Part shown: one piece after another, positions 29,722 to 40,100 of the stretch | Layout of the letters: the number at the start of each line of letters is the position of its first letter | Numbering within the stretch: position 1 is the stretch's first letter | The notes under the pieces: generated by a model | What the model saw: only the letters and a program-made list of their open reading frames with translations | Database searches by the model: none | Told to the model about the DNA's origin: nothing | From: an uncultured Candidatus Entotheonella sp. | Lineage (GTDB): Bacteria; Tectomicrobia; Entotheonellia; Entotheonellales; Entotheonellaceae | DNA length: 64,000 bases | Assembly: GCA_965217185.1 (NCBI GenBank) | Contig: OZ244252.1 | Location: forward strand, 3,040,001 to 3,104,000 | Direction of reading: 5' to 3' | Position numbers and translations under genes: made by a program

Positions 29722-32700
29722 ATGACGGCGCCTCGGGCGCAGCACCGCCCGCCATCGCCGCCTGACCGCCGGCCGTCCCCTCGGGGCGGCCATCCCTCTT
29801 CTCAGACCGCATCCGCCGCCGCACGGCCGGCGGGTTTCGCGCGCCTGGCCGGCGCCCGGCGCGGCCTCGTCCACTCCGCCCGCCCGCTCGCCGCCGTGGC
29901 GCTGCTCGCGCTCGCCGCCGCCCTCGCCCTGCCGGCCACGGCGCAGGCGCAGACGCCCACGACCTTTGTCAGCAACCTGGGGCAGACCGATACCAGCTCT
30001 AACACCATCAGCTCTCCAACTTCACCGCGTGCACAACAATTCGAGACGGGAAGCAACTCGGGTGGGTACACGCTTACGGAGATAGTGGTCAATATCAGGG
30101 GCGCGCGCACCGGAACCCCGGCGTTCGCCCTCTACACGAGCACGGCGGCCGACAGGCCGGACACCAAGGTTGTGGATCTGAACGGCAACAGTTCCACGGC
30201 GGGCGAGCAGAGTTTTTCCCCGGCCAGCACCACCCCTCTCAGCGCGTCGACCAAGTACTTCATCGTGTTCCACATGACTATTGGACAGACAAACCTGCAA
30301 AGGACGTCTTCGGACAACATTGACTCGGGGGCTTCGACGGGATGGGACATTGCGGAGAATTCGTTGTTCACCAACGCAGGCTGGGCTGTAAGTGGCAACT
30401 CTGTTGAAATCGCCATCAAGGGCACCGCGGTGGGCGGCACGCCCTCGTCGGACGCGACGCTGAGCGGGCTGACGGTGACCGCCGGCGGCACGGACCTGGT
30501 GACCTTCGCGTCGGGCACCACCACCTACGCGGCGTCGGTGACGAACGACGTCGAAGAGGTGACGGTGACGCCGACGAAGAACGATTCCGGGGCGACGATC
30601 GAATACCTGGACGGGGACGACGCGACGCTCACCGACGCCGACACCTCGGATCCCGGCCATCAGGTGGCGCTGGCGGTGGGCAACTACGTCATCAAGGTGA
30701 AGGTGACGGCCGAGGACGGCAACACCACCAAGACCTACACGGTCACGGTGGACCGGGCGGCGGCCGCCTCGACCCCCGGCGTGCTGGTGAGCAATATGGG
30801 CCAGGCCTCCGACGGCCGCGGTAATAACATAAATGACACTTGGCTGGCAGCGCAGGGCTTTTCGGTCCCCAGCGGCGGCGGCAACTACACGCTCACCTCG
30901 ATCGAGATTCTCGTCAGCCAAGACATTTCGTCCACGAATATCGACTCGCTGACCGTCAACGTCTGGTCCGCCGATTCGTCGGGCCGTCCGGACAGTTCCC
31001 TGCATACCCTGACAAATCCGGCGAGCGTGACAGACGACGTCGCGGCGAGCTTCACTGCCCCTGCGAGCGCAACGCTCGAGGCGGGTAACACCTATGTAGT
31101 CTTGGTGGATTACGACCAAACAGGTAATAGGAATTGGCTGAGCACGAATGCGAATAGCGAAGACGCGACCTCCACGGCCGGTTGGACCATCGCCAATACG
31201 GGCCTGTATCGTGCACGTACGGCCACGAGCTGGACTAACCGGGGCGAAGCCTTCTTTCTCCAAGTCAACGGCACCACGGTGGCCTCGTCGGACGCGACCC
31301 TGAGCGCGCTGACGATGATCGCCGCCGGCACGAACCTGCTGACCTTCGTATCGGGCGGCACCACCTCCTACGGGTATGACGTGGCGTACGACGTCGACGA
31401 GGTGACGGTGACGGCGATGACGACCGATTCCGGGGCGACGATCGAATATCTGGACGGGGACGACGCGACGCTCGACGACGCCAGCACCTCAGATGACGGC
31501 CATCAGGTGGCGCTGGCGGTGGGCAACAACAACGTCATCAAGGTGAAGGTGACGGCCGCGGACGGCGTCACCACCAAGACCTACACAGTGGATGTGAGCC
31601 GGGCGGCGGCCTCGACGGACGCGATGCTGACCGATCTGGTCGTCAACGACGGCACCATGAACCTGACGCTGACGCCGACCTTCGCATCGGGCATGTACAC
31701 CTACACGGCGTCGGTGGTGAACACCGTCGCCGAGGTGACGGTGACGGCGACGAAGAACGACACCAACGCGACGATCGCATATCTGGACGCGTCCGACATG
31801 ACGCTCGACGACGCAGGCACGGATGCTGGCCATCAGGTGGCGGTGGCGGTGGGCGACAACGTCATCAAGGTGAAGGTGACGGCCGAGGACGGCAACGCCA
31901 CCCAGACCTACACGGTGACGGTGAAGCGGGCGGCGGCGGCCAACGCGGACGCGACGCTGAGCAATCTGGTCGTCAACGACGGCACCACGGACCTGACGCT
32001 GAGCCCGGGTTTCGTGTCGGGTACCACCACCTACACGGCGAGGGTGGTGAACACCGTCGCCGAGGTGACGGTGACGCCGACGAAGAGCGACACCAACGCG
32101 ACGATCGAATATCTGGACGAGTCCGACGCGACGCTCGACGACGCCAACACCTCGGATACCGGCCACCAGGTGGCGGTGGTGGAGGGCGACAACGTCGTCA
32201 AGGTGAAGGTGACGGCCGCGGACGGTAACACCACCCGGACCTACACGGTGACGGTGAAGCGGGCGGCGCCCCCGACCTGCACGCTGAACACCGACGACCT
32301 CTGGTGCGGCGTGGTCACGGTGGGGGCGATCCAAATTGGGTCGGTGATCGTTGCATACGGATTCTCGGATGCCGTCGGTACAAGTGCCCTGTCCGACACC
32401 GGGTTCAGTGTTGGAACGAACAATTACACAATCGATCGTATTGACGTTTCAACCGCGGCTCTCGGAGGAGATGGAGGGTACTTGACGTTCAGTCTGACCA
32501 GCGCCCTAACCGCAACCGATAAGGAACAGCTGGTGCTGCATGTGGGCAGCGCCTCGTTCGCGTTCAGTGATCGGACTGCATCTTCTGCATATAACTATAG
32601 CTGGGCCCACACCGGCTTGGACTGGTCCTCGGAGGACTACGTCACGCTGCGGCTGCGCGAGGCGCCGGCCGACGCAGACGCGACGCTGAGCGCTCTGGCC

Positions 32701-35174
32701 GTCAACGACGGCAGTAGGAACCTGACGTTGAGGCCGGGTTTCGCACCGGGCACCACCTCCTACAGGGTGTGGGTGGCGAACGCTGTCGCCGAGGTGACGG
32801 TGACGGCGGAGACGACCGATTCCGGCGCGACGATCGCATATCTGGACGGGTCCGACATGACGCTCACCGACGCGGGCTCGGCTCCCGGTCATCAGGTGGC
32901 GGTGGGGGAGGGCGACAACGTCATCAAGGTGAAGGTGACGGCCAAGGACGGTAACACCACCCAAACCTACACGGTGACGGTGACGCGCCGCGCCGTGGAC
33001 GCCCCGGGCGAAGAGGGCGCTCTGCGCTTGGCGGAGGAGGAATTGTACACGCACCCGGATGGGTATGTGGGGGTCTCGGGACGCGCCGAGATATTCCACG
33101 CCGGGCGCTGGGGCACGGTGTCCAGCGACGGCTTCTCGCGGGCCATGACCTCCAGGAACATCGAGGACCTGGATACGAACGGCGATCCATTGGGCACCTA
33201 CACGTATAGTGACGTCGCGAACAATGCCCCCGCCCTGTTCTGCCAGGGCATGGGCTACAACGCCGGCGAATACACGTCGGGCTACGGCCGGCCGGAGGTG
33301 CCGAGCCAACCGTCCGAGCCGAGGATGCCCTACTACCCGGTGGGCAGCACCTACCCGTCGGACGGACCCGAACCCATCTGGCTCGACGACCTGACGTGCG
33401 CGGAGGGCGACGCCGATCTGACGGGGGAGAGCGCGCTGCCGGCGCCGTTGGCCCACTGCGGGTACGCGGGCTGGGGGCTGCACAACTCCAATCACGGCGA
33501 GGATGCGGGGGTGCGCTGCTGGAACGAGATGGAGAGCGGCATGGCGGCCGTTGCGGAGCCGCTGACGGCGGCATTCGAGGAGCTGCCGGAGGCGCACGAC
33601 GGGGAGACCGCGTTCAGCTTCCGCATCGCCTTCAGCGAGGCGGTCGCGGTCACGCCGGAGGCCATGCGTACGCACGCCCTGGCGGTGGGGGGCGGCGCCG
33701 TGACCGGCGCAACTCGCGTCGACGGGGAGACCGGCATATGGGAGATCACGGTCACGCCGGACACCCAAGAGGCGCTGTCGATCTCTCTGCCCCCGGTGTC
33801 GGATTGCGACGCGGAAGGGGCGGTCTGCACATCGGACGGCCGATCCCTGTCCACCTGGGCGGCGGCCATCGTGACCGGCCCGGGTCCCGAGACCGAGCCG
33901 GCGCTGACGGCGAGCTTCGAGGGCCTGCCGGAGGCGCATGACGGCGAGGAAGGGTTCCACTTCCGGGTGGCGTTCAGCGAGGACATCGGGATCGGCTTCC
34001 GGTCGATGCGCGACGATTCGTTCACGGTGGACGGGGGCGAGGTGACCAAGGCGCGCCGGGTGGACGGGCGCCACGACCTGTGGCGAATCACGGTCGAGCC
34101 CGACGGCGAGGGCGATGTGACGGTCACGCTGGCGGCGGGGCGCGAGTGCGCGGTCTCCGGGGCGATCTGCACCCGGGGCGAGAACCGGCGGCAGCTCGCC
34201 AACACGCCGGCGGCGACGGTGGCCGGCCCGGTGGTCGAAGCCACGCCCGTGGCGCTGACCGCGAGTTTCGTGGAGGCGCCCCATGAGCATGACGGGGAGA
34301 CGGCGTTCGAGCTCAGGATCGCGTTCAGCGAGGACATCTCGATCGGCTTCCGGACGTTCCGCGACCAGTCGTTATCGGTGTCCGGCGGGAGCGTGAAGCA
34401 CGCGAAGCGGGTAGACCGGCGCAAGGACCTGTGGAAGGTGACGGTCAAGCCGGGTTCGCTTGGCGACGTGATGGTGACGCTGGCGCGCGGGCGCGCCTGC
34501 GGCACCGCCGGGGCGGTGTGCACCGGCGACGGGCGGGCGCTGTCGGCGACGATCTCGACGACGGTGCTGGGTCCGGCGACCGCGCGGCGCCTCACCGGTA
34601 CCGCAGACGACGACACGCTGAGCGGGCAAGCGGGTGATGACGTGCTGCTCGGCAACGGCGGCGACGATACCCTGTCCGGCAAGGGCGGCGGCGACACCCT
34701 GTACGGCGGCGACGACGACGACACGCTCTACGGCGGCGGCGGCCACGACGTGCTCTACGGCGACGACGACGACAGCGGCGCGGCGACGGCGGCAACGACG
34801 TGCTGCAAGGCGGCGCGGACGCGGACGATGACACGCTCTACGGCGGCGGCGGCCACGACGAGCTCTACGGCGACGGCGGTGACGACGAGCTGTACGGCGA
34901 CGGCGGCGCGGACAGCCTGACGGGCGGTACGGGCGCCGATACGTTCGTGTTCGCCGCCGGTGACGGTGCCGACACGATCACCGACTTCACCCCCGAGGAG
35001 GGCGACCGCATCGACCTGAGCGCCTTCGCGGGCCTTGAGGGTTTCGCGTCGCTGACGCTGACGGCGGACGGCAGCGCGACGATCCTGGACCTGCGCGCCC
35101 ACGGCGGCGGCACGGTGCGGTTGGAAGGCGTCGCGGTAGCGGACCTGTTGGCGGCGGACTTCCTGTGGCCGTAG
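29722..35174 (+). pseudogene. Giant modular adhesin (cadherin-like sandwiches, SRCR, RTX tail) with 1-nt frameshift near 34780 (pseudogene or sequencing error)
   Basis: Five DA(T/M)L..L cadherin-like repeats, two (F/L)VSN(L/M)GQ domains, SRCR, three LTA.F...P..HDG domains, GGxGxD repeats continuing in ORF 34800..35174. Confidence 0.82.
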
Positions 35175-36500
35175 GGCGTTGCTCCGGTGCCGGCGCACGG
35201 CCTGCCCCCCGTTCAAGCCGGGGGGCAGGCCGTGCGCCGGAATGACCGCTTGGGGCGTTGGACGGTGCGGCACAGGTGCTCTGCGCGTCGCAACGTCGGG
35301 TTACGCCTGCGGCTAACCCGACCTACATCTTGGCAACTTGTCAACCCATCTTGAGGCGTCTGTTCCAACAGTTGCCGCCCAGAACGCCATCGTCCGCAGG
35401 CATAGGTCCCGCCTGCACGTCAAGCCCGACATCCATCGGCCGCCAGTGGATTCCCGCCCCCGATCGGAGTCGAGGGCAGGCTCCGCGCGGCAATAACCCT
35501 TTGGGGCACGTCGCCACGCCAATTCTCCAAAGCCGCGTAACATCAGAAAATAAGTCTCGGCGTCCTCATCCCTCACCAATCCCTGTCGACCGGCTTCCCC
35601 GGCCCGCCGGTACGCCGCCACGGATGGGAGCGCGTTCGTAGTCCCTGACGTTCCGCGTGACGATGTGCCGAGCGCCGCAGGCACGGGCGGCAGCCAGTGC
35701 TCCCCATGCCTGGGAGCGCGGGCTTCCAGCCCGCCAAGCGGAACCCTGCGGGCAAGATGCCCGCGCTCCCAGGCTCGAATCGTCATTCCGGCGCATGGCC
35801 TGCCCCGCACTTGATACGGGGTCCGGGGGTGACGTTCTTGCGCCGGAGTGACCGCTCTCGGGAGGCCTGTGTTTATGACTTGTTTGTGGTCTGTGGACCC
35901 TGCCCCGGCGTGAACGGGGGGGGGCCACGGATTCCCGCCCGCTCGGTCGGAGGGCAGCCGCGTAACGTCACTTAGAGGGTGTTTGTGAATAGCGCCGCCT
36001 CCGGCATCCATTGACAGCCGGTGGATGCCCGCCCCCGATCGGAGTCGAGGGCAGGCTTTGCAGGCCACATAAGAGCCATCGGTAGTGGCTCACTTTCAAA
36101 TTTCCTTCTCACACCAACGCTTCCCCCTCTCCCTGGCCCTCCCCCACGGAGGGGGGAGGGGACCGACTGGGGGGTCTCCCCCTCTCCCCTGGTGGGAGAG
36201 GGGCGGGGTGAGGGGGAAACCGGCGCCGGACGACCGAACGTGCAACCCGTCTGGAACACGTGAGCCAGTCTTTTCAAACTGAGCCACTACCTGAGGTGTC
36301 TCTTCCGACAGATGCCGCCGGAATGCCATCGTCCAGAGGCATAGGTCCCGCCTGCACGTCATGCCGGGCTTGACCCCGGATCAGAGCCTGCCCCGGACTT
36401 GATACGGGTCAGGGCAGGCTTTGGCGTCCAACGCAGCGTAGCGATTCCGACATCGAAAAAGCCCATCTGAGCCACGTTCAATGCCTCCGGCCTCGCTTTG
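35175..36500. repeat. Mosaic of several REP-like palindromic repeat families plus a PIN-domain remnant (minus strand, ~35600-35700)
   Basis: GATCGGAGTCGAGGGCAGGC x2, CCTGCCCCG.ACTTGATACGGG x2, CTGGGAGCGCGGGC..GCCCGCGCTCCCAG; AAARACGARHIVTRNVRDY fragment. Confidence 0.7.
36081..36291. mobile_element. MITE copy 2 (right end of composite element)
   Basis: TIRs GGTAGTGGCTCACTTTCAAA / TTTCAAACTGAGCCACTACC (18/20); followed by TGAGGTGT. Confidence 0.87.
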
Positions 36501-37115
36501 AGAGATGCCATAACTTAGGTATTACACAAATTATATTATCTCTTGGGGCATGACAACGTGGCGCGGCGAGACGCGGTTTCATGCCCGTCTCTCGGTGCGA
36601 TGGGGGACGTCATGAGGCACCGGAAGAAGCGTCCTAAGACCAAATAAATATATGTTATAGACATCAAATTATTGTATCCAAAGGATGTTTCAAGCTTGTG
36701 TTATAATTTTCCCCCGTCCGGTGGCGGCTTGGTTGCGGTCGCCGCGCCGGAGCGGCCGTTCCGCCTTCACAGCTGTTGCCGCCGCCGGCCGGCTGTGAGG
36801 CGTTTGTCGAGATGCCCTGGGGAAGGTCTGATGAAGCGCCGGTCAGCCCCCGCTGACAACGTCGCGTCACGCCGGCGCAAGAACGTCGCCCCGAACTCGA
36901 TTCGGGGTCAGTGGATTCCGGGAACGGCTCATCAATCTGGCAAGCCTCGTGAACCCCCGCCCCCAACCGTAGCCGAGGGCGGGCTTTTCGCGGAGGAGCA
37001 ACCCACGAAAAAAGCACAACCCATCAGGCGCGTGATTGCCAGTCCATGCGCAGCACCCGTCAAAAAGGGCTTGACTCCCGGATCGTGGTTTTCATCTTGA
37101 TCGTCGAGCGTCGTT

Positions 37116-40100
37116 ATGAACCCTACTTCCCCGCCACCACGGCCTGACGTCCTTGCGCCTCGCCGGGGCGGCAATTCCTCCTCCACAACGGTTGCTTCCG
37201 CCGCCGGCCTGCCGGCGCGTCTGCGCGGCGCGCGGCGGGCGCTGGCGTGCCTCGCCGTCGCCGCGGCCCTCTGCGGCGGCCTCCTCTGCGCGCTGGCGTG
37301 GGCGCACGAGGGCGCCGCCCCCGCCAAGCCGACGGGCCTGTCCGCCGAGGCGTCCCACGACGCCGTCATCCTCACCTGGGACGACCCGCATGACCACAGC
37401 ATCAGCGGCTACGTGATCCTGCGGCGCGACATCGCCCGGCAGGCTTCGGGCGAGTTCACCACGATTGCGGCGGACACGGGCACGGCCGGGACCGTGTACA
37501 TCGACCACACGGCCGAGCCTGCGACCCGCTACGCCTACTGGGTGCAGGCGCGCAACGCGCAGGGCGCGAGTTCTTCCTCGGACGCCGTGGAAGTGGAGAC
37601 CGGGCCGCCGGCGGCGCAGAAGTCCACGAGCGACGCGGCCGACAGCGGGAAGGACGAGGTGCGGACCAGGGCGGTCGTGCGGCGCCCATCGCGTCGGGAC
37701 ATCTCGCTGACGCGGAAGAACACCGATCCGACCGGGATCTGGTGCGACGACGAGAGGATGTACGTGGTGGACGACGCCGACCGGTGGGTCTACGCCTACA
37801 ACATCGCGAACGGCGCGCACGTGGGCAATCTCGGCTTCGCGCTCGACAACGACCAGACCCAGCCGCGCGGGGTCTATGCCAATGCCAACACGATGTGGGT
37901 GGTGGATGGCTCTGACAGGATCTACGCCTACACGATCGCCGACGGGGCTTCCTATGGGCAGCGCGACGCGTCGCGGGAGTTCCAGGCCCAAACCGACGAC
38001 GGTTATCCCTCCGGCATCCACTCCATCCACGCTGTGAATCTGTTCTTCGTGGTCAACTTCGTTGATGAGCAGATCTATGCCTACAACACGGGCAGGTTCA
38101 ACGGCACGCTCGGCGACCGGTACGAGTCGGGCGATTTTGATCTCATCCCCCACTACTCGCAGCCGCTCGGCCTGTGGTCCGACGACGCAAACACGATTTG
38201 GGTCGTCGACGCCGAGCGGAAGCTCGTGTTCGCCTATGAGCTCGGTGCGTTTGGGAGGATTGGGAACGGAACTCGGCTGCCGGCCCGCGAGATTCGGCTG
38301 ATCTTGCAGAACTCGAACCCCTGGGGCATCTGCTCCGACGGCGAGGTCATGTGGGTGGCCGACCGATCCGACCCCAAGGTATTCGCCTACGACCTGCCGC
38401 CGGCGCCGTCGGGGCAGATCACCGGGGTCACGTTCGACGAGATCAAAGAGCGCGAAGCGACGATCACGGTCAAGATCGCGAACCCCGATTCAGCCTCAAA
38501 GAGCGTGAAGCTGAGCTACGCCATCGAGCCCTAAGGGGGTACGGAGGAGACCAACCCCAAGACCACCACCGGGACTGAGGTCGAGTTCACCCTGACCGGA
38601 CTCAGCCCCAGCCGCGACGGCACGGATTACCGGCTGACGGCGATCCTGGGCGACGAATCCCAGGCCACGGGCGGGTTCAGGACGTGGTCGAAGGCCGCGA
38701 CGGCCCGCAAGCACCTCAAGCTCTCCGTCGTCCCGAGGGTTCAGGAGGACTACCCGTGGCTGGCAAAGGTCTACCGTCAGATGCGGCGCCTCAACACGCC
38801 AATTAAAGCGCTCCCAGACATCGGCGCATTCGTGACTAGCGGTTGCGGCGAGGCAAGAGGCAACGATGTGCATTCAACTGCCGGTCTGCACGAATGCAGA
38901 ATCTTGCGGCTCTCGATGGGCTACGACTATTTGAAAAACACTGATTATTTTGTGCATGAGATGTCCCACGTCGGAACCATGGGTACAGGATTCATGGCCG
39001 AGGATTCCGAGTACGTCGGCATGGGCTGGCTGTATTTCCGAGAGTTGGCAGACGGCCACTCCGACTGCCCGGAACATGAACTGTACGCCGATGCGATCGA
39101 GGGAGAAATTAGGAACAGCCCTAGCTCCTACTACTATGCCCGCTGCCCTAAAACGCCCGATTTACCATCCCGGGCCACGCTGGCGGTCGCCCGCAGCATG
39201 TTGGCGAGCGAAGTCCCGGACTGGTTCAAGAACGAGTACCGTGCAACCGGCCTCGCCTACGACACCTCCGATGATCCCAAATACGGCCGCATGTACGACC
39301 TTGAAGCGGTGTGGCGCGACCTCAAGCGCTTGCCTTTAGATTGGCGAGCGGCGGCCGTATATGGCCTCCGCCACGCCTTCGGCGGCTACTGCGATCGCGT
39401 GATTGCGCATCACTCAGCAGAGCACGCCGGTCCGGTGCGCAATCCCTGGAAGGCTGGCGGCTGCGTACCGCAGGCGCCCAAGGCGGTGGTCCCGAGCAGC
39501 GATTCCGTGGCCTGGGAGGCGCCGGCCTACGACGGCGGCGCACCGGTTACCAAGTACGTGGTCGAGTGGAGAGCGGCAGACGAGGAGTTCCATCGCTCAC
39601 GCTCGGCCTGGATCACGGACTTGACGGACCTGAGCTACCAGAACAACGCGATCGCTGCGGCAACGACTATCCGCATCAGCGCCCACAACGCCCACGGCCG
39701 CAGCGAGTTCGTCACGCGCTGCACGCTGAGCACGGGCGACTACTGGTGCGGCGTGATAACGGTCGGGACGCACAGGATCGACACAGTGACTATAGGACAC
39801 GGGTTCGGACCAAGGGCGGGTGAGCTGACCGACGACAGCGGGGACCAGACGTTCACCATCGGATCGACCCGCCGCACGATCGAACTCCTCATCACCCGCG
39901 CCGGGACCGGCCTGTTCGCGGGGCTGCTCTTCGGGATGACCGACGAGAGTGCCCTGCCCGATGCCGTGCGTGACGACCTGGTGGTGCAGGTCGACGGCGT
40001 CGCCGGAGCATTCAGTTTCAGCGACGCCGTATTTGTCGGATCAGCTTATCGCTGGCCCAGTCCCCTGGACTGGTCCGGCGAGGACTCCGTGACGCTGCAG

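Noticed and set aside
30440..32990. Diversity-generating retroelement TR/VR pair among adhesin repeats
   Set aside because: Differences are not adenine-specific by eye and no reverse transcriptase is in the window
38532..38534. Programmed Sec/Pyl readthrough
   Set aside because: The stop is TAA, which is not recoded; other genes end normally at TAA
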